Below are positions 28,693 to 39,961 of a DNA stretch of 64,000 bases, piece by piece. Location: assembly GCA_019348355.1 (NCBI GenBank), contig JAHWJP010000003.1, forward strand, positions 111 to 64,110. Direction: 5' to 3'. The translations under genes and the position numbers were made by a program. Position 1 is the stretch's first letter, and the number at the start of each line of letters is the position of its first letter. This stretch comes from Actinomycetota bacterium (GTDB taxonomy: Bacteria; Actinomycetota; Actinomycetes; Mycobacteriales; SCTD01). Under the pieces are notes generated by a model that saw nothing but the letters and a program-made list of their open reading frames with translations, did no database searches and was not told the origin of the DNA.

Positions 28693-29469
28693 TCACCGCT
28701 CGACAATGGGACCCTCCATTCGGGTGACACCGACCCGACGCCTCGTCGCAGCGATTACAGCCGCCGCGTGCACGTCCGCACCCGCCTCGCGCAGCGCCCG
28801 GCAGGCCTCGGCCAGGGTCGCGCCCGTCGTCACGAGGTCGTCGACCACCACGACGGGCAGGCCGCCCAGTGGCCCGCGGGCCCGCAACGCGCCCGCCAGG
28901 TTCGCCGCCCGGCCGGCGATGTCGAGCTCGGACTGGTCCGCCCGCCCGCGCACCCCCACCAGCAGGGGCGCCGACCGGACCCGGAGCCGGCGGGCCGCGG
29001 CTGCTGTGAGCCGGCGGGCATGGTCGTGCCCGCGTGCACGGACCGCGGCCGGAGCGGAGGGCACCGGGACGAGCACCGTCCGCGGGGAGAGTTCGCCGGC
29101 CGCCCGCACGGCCGCTGCCAGCGCCGTCCCGAGCGGGCCGGCCAGAGCGAGCCGGCCGTGCTCCTTGTGAGCCAGCAGGACCTCGCGGACCACCCCGTCG
29201 TACGCCGCAGCGGCCAGCAGTGGCGGCAGACCGGGCGGGCACGGCGTCGGCCGGTGGGCGAAGGGCCGGCGGGTCAGCGTCGTCCGGCACGTCGGGCACA
29301 GGGTGCGGCCGGGGGCCCGGCAGCCGGCGCAGTCCCGCGGCAGCATCAGGTCCAGCAGGTCGGCGAACCCTGGTCGCTCGGACGGCATCACCTCCCCGAC
29401 GATGGCGGACCGCGCGTGGGTCGACAACAGGTCGGCCGCGGTCTGTGGACCGGCGTCGAGCCCGGTCAC
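28693..29469 (-). CDS. comF: ComF-family phosphoribosyltransferase-like protein
   Basis: N-terminal Cys pairs (CAGC...CPTC) and PRT motif VVVVDDLVTTGATL. Confidence 0.8.
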   Translation of the reverse strand: MTGLDAGPQTAADLLSTHARSAIVGEVMPSERPGFADLLDLMLPRDCAGCRAPGRTLCPTCRTTLTRRPFAHRPTPCPPGLPPLLAAAAYDGVVREVLLAHKEHGRLALAGPLGTALAAAVRAAGELSPRTVLVPVPSAPAAVRARGHDHARRLTAAAARRLRVRSAPLLVGVRGRADQSELDIAGRAANLAGALRARGPLGGLPVVVVDDLVTTGATLAEACRALREAGADVHAAAVIAATRRRVGVTRMEGPIVER

Positions 29470-29493
29470 CGGGCTCGTACAGCCGGGTAGCCC

Positions 29494-31239
29494 TCAGCCC
29501 GGGTAGAAGGGGGCGGCGCCGTCCGACTGGAGCCGGAACAGCGAGCCGTTGTCCCGGAACAGCCGCAGCCGGCCCTCCTCCTCGGTCGCGACTGTCAGGG
29601 GTCGGCCGGGAGCCGCCGCGAGCGACACCGGCGTCCCGGACAGACCGCCCCGCTGCACCGGCTCCGAGCTCGATCCGTCGACGGCGACGCTCACCGGCAG
29701 CAGCCCTGCGGTGTCGGGGTCGGCGGCGAGCACGGCCAGCGAGACACCGGACTCCCAGGCCACGTCCGTGACGTCGCTGAGCATCGGCGCGATGGCGACG
29801 ACCCCCGTGATCCGCAGACCTGTCTCGGTGGGCTCGATGCGGCCGACGTGCAGCCGACGCGCCGGGCCGATCCCGAAGACCAGAGCGATGCGGGCGCCGT
29901 CCCGCGAGACGCGCAGGTCGGTGAGCGGCCCGGCCGGCCCCGGGGGGGCGTCGTAGGCCACGGTCTGCGCCGGGCTCCCGGGTGGCGCATCGGGACCGGG
30001 GACCCGCCAGACAACCGGGGTCGATCCCCCCTGCAGCACCCACAGTCCCTGGTCGCCCGAGCCCCACGACAACGCGCCGAGGTCGGGCGAGGCGAGCAGG
30101 GGTGGACCGAACGGGCCGGGCAGCGGCCCGGTGCGCACCTCGTCCGTGCCGTCAGGCCGCCGGGTGAGCAGGCCCACGTCGTTGCGCAGCGGGCTCGTCG
30201 CCACCTCATCGACCCGCAGGCCTCCGCCACGGGTGATCTCACTGCCCACCAACGCACCGTCGAGGCTACGCAGCGAGCGCTCCTGCAGGTAGAGCAGCGG
30301 CGCGTCACCGTCCACCCGCGTCGGGTCGTAGCCCGGCCAGTCCGTGATGTCCTGCACCGGCTGTGCGCCTTCGACCACGAGCGGCTCACCCTCGACCAGC
30401 AGACGGACCGCCGTGTAGGCGGGATGCAAGGTCCACACGAGCTGGGCCGACAGCCGTTGCCGATCGCGGACCTCGAGCTCGCGCAGCGGACCCGACAGGT
30501 CGACGGTGACCACGCCACCCTCGGTGCGCACCGGCGCGGCAAGGGTCGTGCCGGCCGGCACAGCGCTGGTGGCCGCCCCCTGCAACGGCAGTGTCGGTCC
30601 GCGCAGCAGGGCCCGCACCATGGCCTGGGCCGGATCGGCGGTCACGGGCAGGAAGACCCGGTCCGAGACCAGCCGGCCGGACGTGCCGCCGCCCGCCGTA
30701 CGGCCGAGGAACTGCAGGTCGTAGGGCCGGAACGACAGGGCCCGGTCGGCGGGAGTCAGACGCAGTCCCGGCGGGACGCCGGTCAGGCGCAGTCGGCCGG
30801 CCGGGTCCGGCCCGACCGTGTAGCGCTCGGCCAGCGTGCCGCTCTGCAGCCGGTAGGTCCCTTCACCGGAGATCGAGGCGACAGTGTCCAGCCGGGTCAG
30901 CACCTGGTCGGGCCGCTCGGGGTCGGGCGTGACGCTCGGCGAGGCTGCGACGTAGACGATCGCCTCCTCGGCGGCATCCCAGGGGGTGCCCGGTGCGAGG
31001 AACTGCCGGGCGACGGCGTACCCGTCACTGGGACTGCTCTGCGCGCGCAGGAATCCCTGGACCAGCTCGACGGCGCTCGCCCCCTCCTGCGGACCGGGTG
31101 GCAGCACCTGAATGGCGGCCGGATCCTGCTGCTCGGCCGGCACCTGCGCCGACGAGCCGCCGGCGGAGCGCGCCCCCTCGGTCAGCGGCAGCCCACAGCC
31201 GGGCAGGAGCAGCAGCAAGAGCAGCAGCAGCCGCCTCAC
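29494..31239 (-). CDS. lpqB: Lipoprotein LpqB
   Basis: Lipobox MRRLLLLLLLLLPGCG. The start overlaps the mtrB stop. Conserved mtrA-mtrB-lpqB order. Confidence 0.85.
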   Translation of the reverse strand: MRRLLLLLLLLLPGCGLPLTEGARSAGGSSAQVPAEQQDPAAIQVLPPGPQEGASAVELVQGFLRAQSSPSDGYAVARQFLAPGTPWDAAEEAIVYVAASPSVTPDPERPDQVLTRLDTVASISGEGTYRLQSGTLAERYTVGPDPAGRLRLTGVPPGLRLTPADRALSFRPYDLQFLGRTAGGGTSGRLVSDRVFLPVTADPAQAMVRALLRGPTLPLQGAATSAVPAGTTLAAPVRTEGGVVTVDLSGPLRELEVRDRQRLSAQLVWTLHPAYTAVRLLVEGEPLVVEGAQPVQDITDWPGYDPTRVDGDAPLLYLQERSLRSLDGALVGSEITRGGGLRVDEVATSPLRNDVGLLTRRPDGTDEVRTGPLPGPFGPPLLASPDLGALSWGSGDQGLWVLQGGSTPVVWRVPGPDAPPGSPAQTVAYDAPPGPAGPLTDLRVSRDGARIALVFGIGPARRLHVGRIEPTETGLRITGVVAIAPMLSDVTDVAWESGVSLAVLAADPDTAGLLPVSVAVDGSSSEPVQRGGLSGTPVSLAAAPGRPLTVATEEEGRLRLFRDNGSLFRLQSDGAAPFYPG

Positions 31240-32765
31240 GAGTGGAGCACCAGCGGGGTCTCGGTCAGGGGGTGACCGGCGTGCCGCGGCAGCAGCATCC
31301 GAAACACCGAGCCTCGGCCGGGTGCCCCCGCGGCCTGCAGCCAGCCGCCGTGCAGGCGGACGTCCTCGCGCGCAATGGCCAGACCGAGCCCGGTGCCGCC
31401 GGTGGTCCGTGCCCGCGACGGGTCACCCCGCCAGAAGCGGTTGAACACCAGCTCTGCCTGGCCCGGCGCCAGGCCCACGCCGTGATCTCGGACGCAGACC
31501 GAGACGGCCGACTCGGTCTCGCTGAGCTCCACCACCACGGGCCGGCCCTCGCCGTGCTCGATGGCGTTGACCACCAGGTTGCGCACGACCCGTTCGATGC
31601 GCAGCGGCTCGATGCTGGCGACGACCGCACCGCTTGGCAGCACCAGTTCCAGGGAGCTGCCCCGGCGGGTGGCCAGCGGCTGCGCGGCGGCGAGGGTGCG
31701 GCGAAGGAGCGTGCCGAGCTCAGCGGGGGAGGGGTCCAGGTCGGCAGCGCCGGCGTCGTGACGGCTGATCTCGAGCAGGTCGACGAGCAGGTTCTCGAAG
31801 CGGTCCAGCTCTGCCTGCAGCAGCTCCGCTGCGCGCGCCGCGGAATGCGGGTAGTCCCGGCGGCCGTCGAACAGCACATCTGCGGCCATCCGCACCGTGG
31901 TCAGCGGGGTGCGCAGCTCGTGCGAGACATCTGCGACGAATCGTCGCTGCACCCGTGACAGGTCTTCCAGCTGCCGGATCTGGCGCTGCAGCGCCTCGGC
32001 CATGGAGTTGAACGACGAGCCGAGGCGCGCGATCTCGTCCTCACCTTGCACATGCAGTCGCTCGTCCAGCAGGCCGGTGGCCAGGCGCTCCGCCGTGCGC
32101 GCCGCCATCCGGACGGGGGTCACCACCTGCCGGGCGACCAGGCCGGTGATCAGGGCCAGCAGCCCCACGAGCAACAGGCCGGCGAGGGTGGCCGTACGCC
32201 GTACCAGGGCCTGGGTCTCGCGCTCGGAGGTCAGGGGGAACAGGTGGTAGAGGCGGTACTCCCCGAGCGAGGGCACCGTCAGCAGCGAACCGACGACCAG
32301 CCCCCTGTCCCGTCGCCCGTCGACGGGGACGTCGGCGAAGGCGTACGCCGAGGCTGATCCGGGCACCAGCCGGGCCGCGAGATCGGGCGGCACGTCGGTC
32401 GTCGCGAGCCCCGGTGAGGCAAAGGCGTTGCGCTGCGACGGTCCCACCAGCAGGACGAGGTAGGCGTTGCCGGGCGACCCGCGCGACGCCAGTCGCTGGA
32501 AGACGTCCTGCAGGCGGAACTCCTGGACATCGGCCGGCTCGTCCTGCGCGGCATCGAGGCTGGTCTCGACGAAGGCCAGCCCCGCCCTCGCCTCGCCCAG
32601 GGACACCCGGGTCTTGGCCTCGACCAGACCCCGGCCGACGGAGTCGAGAAGCAGCGAGGCGAACAGGGCCACCACCACGCTCGAGACGACCAGCGTGCTG
32701 ACCACGACCCGGGTCTGCAGCGAACCGCGCCAGCGCGAGCTCGCCGTGCGACCTGCGTGAAGCAT
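31236..32765 (-). CDS. mtrB: Sensor histidine kinase MtrB
   Basis: H-box FVADVSHELRTPLTTV and G-box GTGLGLAIAREDVRLHGG. Positioned between mtrA and lpqB. Confidence 0.9.
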   Translation of the reverse strand: MLHAGRTASSRWRGSLQTRVVVSTLVVSSVVVALFASLLLDSVGRGLVEAKTRVSLGEARAGLAFVETSLDAAQDEPADVQEFRLQDVFQRLASRGSPGNAYLVLLVGPSQRNAFASPGLATTDVPPDLAARLVPGSASAYAFADVPVDGRRDRGLVVGSLLTVPSLGEYRLYHLFPLTSERETQALVRRTATLAGLLLVGLLALITGLVARQVVTPVRMAARTAERLATGLLDERLHVQGEDEIARLGSSFNSMAEALQRQIRQLEDLSRVQRRFVADVSHELRTPLTTVRMAADVLFDGRRDYPHSAARAAELLQAELDRFENLLVDLLEISRHDAGAADLDPSPAELGTLLRRTLAAAQPLATRRGSSLELVLPSGAVVASIEPLRIERVVRNLVVNAIEHGEGRPVVVELSETESAVSVCVRDHGVGLAPGQAELVFNRFWRGDPSRARTTGGTGLGLAIAREDVRLHGGWLQAAGAPGRGSVFRMLLPRHAGHPLTETPLVLHS

Positions 32766-32785
32766 CCGGGTGGGCAGTCTGGTGA

Positions 32786-33475
32786 TCAGTCGGGGCCTGC
32801 CTTGTAGCCGACCCCCCGCACCGTGAGCACGATCTGCGGCTGCTCGGGGTCCCGCTCGACCTTCGCCCGCAGCCGTTGCACGTGGACGTTGACGAGCCGG
32901 GTGTCAGCGGCGTGCCGGTAGTGCCAGACCTGCTCGAGCAGGACCTCCCGGGTGAACACGGTGTGCGGCTTGCGGGCCAGGGCGACCAGCAGGTCGAACT
33001 CCAGCGGGGTGAGCTGCACCTGCACGCCGTCGCGCAGCACCTTGTGCCCTGGCACGTCGATGCTCACGAAGTCGTCCTCGGGCCCGATCGTCAAGGTCTC
33101 GGGCTCGGAGTCGTCGCGCTGCCGGAGCCGGGCGCGCAATCGCGCAACGAGCTCCTTGGGCTTGAACGGCTTGACGACGTAGTCGTCTGCGCCGCTCTCC
33201 AGGCCGAGAACGACGTCAAGGGTGTCGCTGCGGGCGGTCAGCATGACGATCGGCACGCCGCTCTCGGCGCGGATCTGGCGGCAGACCTCCACCCCGTCGG
33301 TCCCGGGCAGCATGAGGTCGAGCAGGACGAGGTCCGGTCGCTCCCGACGGAAGGCGCCGAGCGCTGCGTCACCGTCCGCGACGAAGGCCGGGTCCAACCC
33401 CTCCCCGCGCAGCACGATGCCCAGCATCTCGGCAAGCGCCGGGTCGTCGTCGACGACGAGCACTTTGCCCTTCAC
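32786..33475 (-). CDS. mtrA: OmpR-family response regulator MtrA
   Basis: Track ORF 32786-33712 trimmed to GTG 33475 (VKGKVLVVDDDPALAEML...). LVLLDLMLPGTDG. C-terminus LTVRGVGYKAG. Confidence 0.9.
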   Translation of the reverse strand: MKGKVLVVDDDPALAEMLGIVLRGEGLDPAFVADGDAALGAFRRERPDLVLLDLMLPGTDGVEVCRQIRAESGVPIVMLTARSDTLDVVLGLESGADDYVVKPFKPKELVARLRARLRQRDDSEPETLTIGPEDDFVSIDVPGHKVLRDGVQVQLTPLEFDLLVALARKPHTVFTREVLLEQVWHYRHAADTRLVNVHVQRLRAKVERDPEQPQIVLTVRGVGYKAGPD

Positions 33476-33615
33476 CGGTCCTCCGTGCGCAGCATCTGTC
33501 CATGGTCGCACCCGAAAGGCCGGACGGGGCGTTTCCGCCGGCGACGGATGCGTCGCGTGACAGCATGAACGGAGCCGGTGGGTCCGCTGGCACGACCTGC
33601 GCAGGACGGGGACAG

Positions 33616-34737
33616 ATGAGCGAGCCGGGCGGGTGGACGACACCGGAAGGCTGGGGTGGCCCGACGCAGGGGCCGCCGTACAGCCCACCGCCGGCGCCAG
33701 GCCAGTCGCCACCGCCGCCGTACGGGCAGCCGGCGCCGCCGTACGCGCAATCTGCCTACGGGGCTGGCCAGCCGCCCTGGGGACAGCGGCCGGCCGAGCT
33801 CAAGCCCGGCGTCGTGCCCCTGCGCCCACTCGGGCTCGGTGAGCTGCTCGACGGTGCGGTCGGCATCATCCGGCGCTATCCCCGGCCGGCCCTCGGCCTG
33901 TCGGCGATCGTCGCGCTGGTGACGACGCTGCTCAACGTCGCCCTGCTCGTGACGGCGTTCCAGCCGCTTCTCGACCTCGACACCGCGACCCTGGAGACCG
34001 GCGACATCGCCGCCCTCGAAGAGGTGCTCGGCGGCGCGGCGGCCGGCGGCCTGCTCACCATCCTGCTCGCCCTGCTGTCCGGGGCGGTCCTGACCGGGGG
34101 CCTGACCGCGGTGGTCGGCAAGGCCGTGCTCGGCGAGCCGATGAGCTTCGCCGAGGCCTGGCGGCAGCTGCGGCCCGTCCTGCTGCGGCTGGTCGGCCTC
34201 GCCCTGCTGGTCCTGTTGATCGTCTACGGGATCCTGCTCGCCGGCATCGTCGGCGGCGCGGGACTGATCGCCATCGGCGGCCCGGTGCTGGCGATCGTCG
34301 GCGTGCCGCTGATCCTCGCCCCGCTCGTGGTCTGCCCCTACCTCTACATCCGCTTCTCGCTCGCGCCGTGCGCCCTGGTGCTCGAGCGCACCGGCATCCT
34401 GACCAGCCTGCGCCGCTCGAGCGCGCTGGTGAAGCGCGACTGGTGGCGGGTGTTCGGGATCCTGCTGCTCACCCTGATTGTCGGATTGTTCGTCTCGCAG
34501 GTGGTGCAGCTTCCCTTCGCCGTGCTCGGTGCCGGTTCACCCGGCAACCTGTTCGACCCCGACGCCGACGTGCTGGGCACCCGACCGCTGGTCCTGTCCG
34601 CGATCGGCGGGGGCCTCGCCTCGACCGTCGTCGCGCCGTTCACGGCCGGCGTGCGGGCGCTGCTCTACGTCGACCGGCGCATGCGCAGCGAGGGCCTGGA
34701 CGTCGCGCTGACCGCTGCTGTGGCCGCCCGGCGGTGA
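33616..34737 (+). CDS. Polytopic membrane protein with a Pro/Gly/Tyr-rich N-terminus
   Basis: Track ORF 33502-34737 trimmed to ATG 33616 (MSEPGGWTTPEGWGGPTQGPPYSPPP...). Several long hydrophobic segments. Confidence 0.65.
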   Translation: MSEPGGWTTPEGWGGPTQGPPYSPPPAPGQSPPPPYGQPAPPYAQSAYGAGQPPWGQRPAELKPGVVPLRPLGLGELLDGAVGIIRRYPRPALGLSAIVALVTTLLNVALLVTAFQPLLDLDTATLETGDIAALEEVLGGAAAGGLLTILLALLSGAVLTGGLTAVVGKAVLGEPMSFAEAWRQLRPVLLRLVGLALLVLLIVYGILLAGIVGGAGLIAIGGPVLAIVGVPLILAPLVVCPYLYIRFSLAPCALVLERTGILTSLRRSSALVKRDWWRVFGILLLTLIVGLFVSQVVQLPFAVLGAGSPGNLFDPDADVLGTRPLVLSAIGGGLASTVVAPFTAGVRALLYVDRRMRSEGLDVALTAAVAARR

Positions 34738-35360
34738 GCCTGCTGGCACTGGCACTGGAGGAACTGTCCCGCGACGCTGCGCGCGAGGCCGCCCGGGACG
34801 AGCTGCGGCGCCAGGAGTACGCGCAGGCCGAGCCGGCGCTGCTCGTGCGGGTGCTGGGTCGCGTGGTGCGGGAGATCAGCGACCTGCTCGACCGCGCCGC
34901 AGGCGCCGCTCCTGGCGGCACGCTGGGCGTGCTCGCGCTGGTCGTCCTGGTAGCCCTGTTCGTCGCCGTCGTGCTGTCCAGGGTCGGCCCGCTCGCCGGC
35001 CGGTCGACCGGTCGACCGCTGTTCTCGGCCGGGACAGCGCTGACGGCCGCCGAGCACCGCACCCTCGCCGAGCAGGCGGCAGGCGAGGGACGCTTCGCCG
35101 ACGCGGTCCGGGAGCGGCTGCGCGCGATCGTCCGGGACCTCGAGGCACGCGGCGCGCTGGACCCACGGCCGGGTCGCACCGCCGGTGAGGTCGCCCGCGA
35201 CGGCGGCGCCGCCGTACCTGCTCTTGCCGACGACCTGCGGCGGGCGGCCGTGCTGTTCGACGAGATCTGGTACGGCGGGCGCGCCGCCGACGCGTCCTCC
35301 TACGCCGTGCTGGTCGGCGTCGACGAGCGGGTCGGTGCCAGCCGGCTGACTCCGGCATGA
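34734..35360 (+). CDS. DUF4129-like protein
   Basis: Track ORF 34368-35360 trimmed to GTG 34734 (GTGA overlap). One TM segment, then a C-terminal region ...TAGEVARD...FDEIWYGGR typical of DUF4129 in MoxR-DUF58 loci. Confidence 0.6.
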   Translation: MSLLALALEELSRDAAREAARDELRRQEYAQAEPALLVRVLGRVVREISDLLDRAAGAAPGGTLGVLALVVLVALFVAVVLSRVGPLAGRSTGRPLFSAGTALTAAEHRTLAEQAAGEGRFADAVRERLRAIVRDLEARGALDPRPGRTAGEVARDGGAAVPALADDLRRAAVLFDEIWYGGRAADASSYAVLVGVDERVGASRLTPA

Positions 35361-36522
35361 CGGCGATGACGACGGTCGAGCAGCCGCCGTCGACGGCGAC
35401 CAGCGAGACGGTCCGCGGCGTGGGCCGACGTTGGCGAGGGCCGGCGCTATTGGTCCTCGCCCTGGTCCTGGCGACCACGCTGCTCGCGCTGGTCTCGGCC
35501 GCCGGTCCGTCCGGCCGGCTGGACCCGGACTCCTACGCGCCGGGCGGGTCGCGGGCCGTGGCGGAGATCCTGCGCGAGCGTGGCGTCCCCGTACGCCGTC
35601 TCGACACGGTGGAGGCGGTGGCCGAGGCGAGCGGCCCAGAGGTGACCGTGGTCCTCGGTGTGCCGCAGGCGCTCGCCGAGGCCGAGCTCGAGCAACTGGG
35701 CGCGCTCGACGGGGGGCTCGTAGTGGTGGGGGCGCAGGACGAGGACCTGGACGCACTGGGGCTGCCGGTGAAGGTGCGCGGCCTCGTGCAGGTGGACCGT
35801 CGTCGTCCGGCCTGTGAGCTGGAAGTGGCGACCCGGGCCGGCGAGGTCGACCTCGGCGGGCTCAGCTACGAGACGACGGAGGAGGCGGCGACCGGCTGCT
35901 ACGCCGCCTCCGGTGATGCCACGCTGCTGCGCCTGCCCGAGCGCGGCGCCACCCTGCTCGGCGACGGTGCGCTGCTCACCAACGACCGGCTGGACGAGCG
36001 CGGCAACGCCGCACTGGCACTCGGCCTGCTGGGCGAGCGCGAGGGCGGTGTCGTGTGGCTGGTCCCACGGCCGGGCCGCGTCGTGCCGGAGGGGGAGCCC
36101 ACGTTGGGTGAGCTGATCCCCGACGGGCTGCTGCTCGGGGGGCTCCAGTTGCTCGTCGCGGCGGGTGTCCTGGCCCTGTGGCGGGCGCGCCGGCTCGGCC
36201 GGGTCGTCGAGGAGCCGCTCCCGGTCATCGTGCGGGCAGCCGAGGCCGTGGAGGGACGCAGCCGGCTCTACCGGGCGGCGGGCGCCCGGGGCTCGGCCGG
36301 CGAGGCGGTGCGGGTGGCCACCCGGGAGCGCCTGCTTCGCCGGGTCGGGCTGGCCGGCGGGGCGGACCGGCAGGCGCTCGTCACCGTCGTCGCCGAGCGC
36401 ACCGGCCGTGCGCCGAGCGCCGTCGACGTCCTTCTGTACGGTGGTGCACCGACCGACGACGCCGCCCTCGTGCGGCTGGTCGCCGACCTGCGCACGCTCG
36501 AGACAACCCTGAAGGTGGGCAT

Positions 36523-36526
<4 letters not shown>
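35357..36526 (+). CDS. DUF4350-like protein
   Basis: ATGA overlap with the previous gene. N- and C-terminal TM segments. Position and architecture match DUF4350 genes in MoxR loci. Confidence 0.6.
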
Positions 36527-37563
<1,037 letters not shown>

Positions 37564-37568
37564 GCGTC

Positions 37569-38864
37569 GTGGCGCTCACCGGGCGGGCCGCGCTGCTCGC
37601 CCTGCTCGGTGTCCTCGTGGTCTTCCTCGTCCCGTCACTGTGGACCGTGCTCGCGTGGGCGCTGCTGATCGCGGTGCTCGCGGTCATCGACGCCCTGCTC
37701 GCGGCGCCGGTCTCGGCGCTGCGGCTCGTCCGGTCCGGCGCGACCGCCTGCCGGCTCGGCGAGCAGGTCGAGGTCTCGCTCAGCGTGACCAACGCCGGCT
37801 CGCGCCGGCTGCGCGGAGTGCTGCGCGATGCCTGGGTGCCGTCCGCGGGGGCGGGTCCGCGTACGCACCGGCTCGACATCCCGGCAGGTGAGCGGCGGCG
37901 GCTGACCACCGTGCTCGTCCCCACCCGGCGCGGTGACCGGCTGCCCGACCGGGTGACCGTCCGGGCGGTCGGGCCGCTCGGCATCGCCGCCCGGCAGGGC
38001 CGGCACGAGCTGCCCTGGCGGGTGCGGGTGCAGCCCCCGTTCACCTCCCGCAAGTTCCTGCCCGAGCGGCTCGCCCGGCTGCGCCAGCTCGACGGGGCGG
38101 TCGCAGTGCGCACCCGCGGGCAGGGCACCGAGTTCGACAGCCTGCGCGACTACGTGGACGGCGACGACGTACGTTCCATCGACTGGCGCGCCACCGCCCG
38201 GCGCCAGGAAGTGGTCGTGCGCACCTGGCGGCCCGAACGCGACCGCACCCTGCTGCTGGTCGTCGACACCAGCCGCACCTCCGCCGGCCGGGTGGGCGAC
38301 GTGCCGCGGCTGGACGCCGCCCTCGACGCCGCCCTGCTGCTGTGCGCGCTGGCCTCCCGCGCCGGGGACAAGGTCGACCTGCTGGCGATCGACCGCGAAC
38401 CCCGCGCCGCCGTCGAGGGCGCCGGCCGCGACGAGCTGCTGCCCCGGATGGTCGACGCCATGGCCGGTCTCGAGCCGGCGCTGATCGAGAGCGACGGTCG
38501 CCGCCTGGTGGCCGAGGCCCTGCGCCGCACCCGGCGCCGCTCGCTGGTCGTGCTGTTCACCTCCCTGGACACCGCGCCGCTCGAGGAGGGGCTGCTGCCG
38601 GCGCTCGGCTCACTGACCTCCCGGCACACCGTCCTGCTGGCCGCGGTCGCCGATCCGCGGGTGGAGCAGATGGCCGCCGACCGCTCCGGCACGGTGGCGG
38701 CGGCCTACGACGCCGCCGCCGCCGAGCGGGCCCGCACCGAGCGCCGCCGGCTCACCGCGGTGCTGCGCCGACGGGGCGTCGAGGTCGTCGACGCCCCACC
38801 CGAGACCTTCGCCCCCGCGGTGTCGGACGCCTACCTGTCGCTCAAAGCCGCCGGCCGGCTGTGA
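37569..38864 (+). CDS. DUF58 (vWA-like) protein
   Basis: Track ORF 37311-38864 trimmed to GTG 37569. Two N-terminal TM segments. Core EFDSLRDYVDGDDVRSIDWRATAR is the DUF58 signature. Confidence 0.85.
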   Translation: MALTGRAALLALLGVLVVFLVPSLWTVLAWALLIAVLAVIDALLAAPVSALRLVRSGATACRLGEQVEVSLSVTNAGSRRLRGVLRDAWVPSAGAGPRTHRLDIPAGERRRLTTVLVPTRRGDRLPDRVTVRAVGPLGIAARQGRHELPWRVRVQPPFTSRKFLPERLARLRQLDGAVAVRTRGQGTEFDSLRDYVDGDDVRSIDWRATARRQEVVVRTWRPERDRTLLLVVDTSRTSAGRVGDVPRLDAALDAALLLCALASRAGDKVDLLAIDREPRAAVEGAGRDELLPRMVDAMAGLEPALIESDGRRLVAEALRRTRRRSLVVLFTSLDTAPLEEGLLPALGSLTSRHTVLLAAVADPRVEQMAADRSGTVAAAYDAAAAERARTERRRLTAVLRRRGVEVVDAPPETFAPAVSDAYLSLKAAGRL

Positions 38865-39772
38865 GGTGGCTCGGCGCGAGCCTCGGCGCCCGCCCCCTTC
38901 CCCCAGGCCCCCTTCCCCCAGCCGATCACGACCGGCGGCTGCTGCTCGACCGGCTGGCGGCCGATGCGTGGCCGGCGATCGAGGTGGTCGAGCGTCGGGG
39001 GTGGCGGCTGCGGGCGGCCGAAGGGGTGACCAAGCGGGCCAACTCGGCCCTCCCGCTCACGGCCGGCGTCCTGACCGGGGACGTGCTCGACGAGCAGCTC
39101 ACCGCGGTCGCCACCTTCTACGCCGAGAGAGGGCTGCCGGCCCGGATCCAGGTCAGCGACCCGCTCCTCGACGCGCAGCTCGCCGCCCGCGGCTGGCAGG
39201 TCGAGTCGCCCACGCTGGTCCTGGCCAGCCCCGTCCCCGGTGCGCGTCCTGCCTCATACCGGGCCGGATCCCCCCCTTGCGGTGGTCTGCTGGTGGATAC
39301 GCCCGACGTGTTGACCAGCGGATCACCGCAAGGTCGGTCCTCCAGCCCACCCCCCGCCGCCACCCTCACCCCCGTGCCCGACCAGGCGTGGCTGGACTGC
39401 TGGTGGTCGGTCGACGGTCGGGAGGGACCACGCGGGCTCGAGCTCGCGCGTCGATGCCTGGAGCGGATCGCGTCGCCGACCGGCTATGCCAGCGTGCGCA
39501 TCGACGGCGACGTCGTCGCGGTCGCCCGCGGGGTCGTCGACGAGCGCTGGCTGGGCCTGTTCGCGATGGCCGTGCTGCCGACCCACCGGCGGCAGGGCCA
39601 CGGTCGCCACCTGCTCGGTGCCCTCGGCAGGTGGGCCGCCACCCACGGCGCCTCCGCCGCGTACCTGCAGCTGTGGAGTGGCAACGACCCCGCCCGGGCG
39701 CTCTACACCGCAGCCGGTTTCGCGACGGCGTACGGCTACCACTACCGGAACGGACCGGCGGCACCCGGCTGA
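38861..39772 (+). CDS. GNAT-family acetyltransferase
   Basis: C-terminal part of track ORF 38342-39772. GTG 38861 (GTGA overlap with the DUF58 stop). Acetyl-CoA motif VLPTHRRQGHGRHLLGAL. Start is uncertain. Confidence 0.6.
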   Translation: MRWLGASLGARPLPPGPLPPADHDRRLLLDRLAADAWPAIEVVERRGWRLRAAEGVTKRANSALPLTAGVLTGDVLDEQLTAVATFYAERGLPARIQVSDPLLDAQLAARGWQVESPTLVLASPVPGARPASYRAGSPPCGGLLVDTPDVLTSGSPQGRSSSPPPAATLTPVPDQAWLDCWWSVDGREGPRGLELARRCLERIASPTGYASVRIDGDVVAVARGVVDERWLGLFAMAVLPTHRRQGHGRHLLGALGRWAATHGASAAYLQLWSGNDPARALYTAAGFATAYGYHYRNGPAAPG

Positions 39773-39961
39773 GTGCGAGACATCCAAGCGAGGGCCTCGC
39801 GACCGTGCGCCTGCTCGGTGTCGGCAGCGACGGGTCGACGACGCAGACGTCGCTGAGCTTCCAGGTGGTCGCGCCCTGAATTGCCTCGCCCGGCGTGCAA
39901 CCACATCACCCCGCCGGCGCGACAGACGAGTCAGATGCCCTCAACCCGAGAAGTGGACCCC

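Noticed and set aside
33476-33615. An MtrA box in the mtrA divergent promoter (GTGACAGC near 33555).
   Set aside because: I saw only a single copy, with one mismatch to the GTCACAgcg-type repeat I recall. This is too weak to call without a position weight matrix scan.
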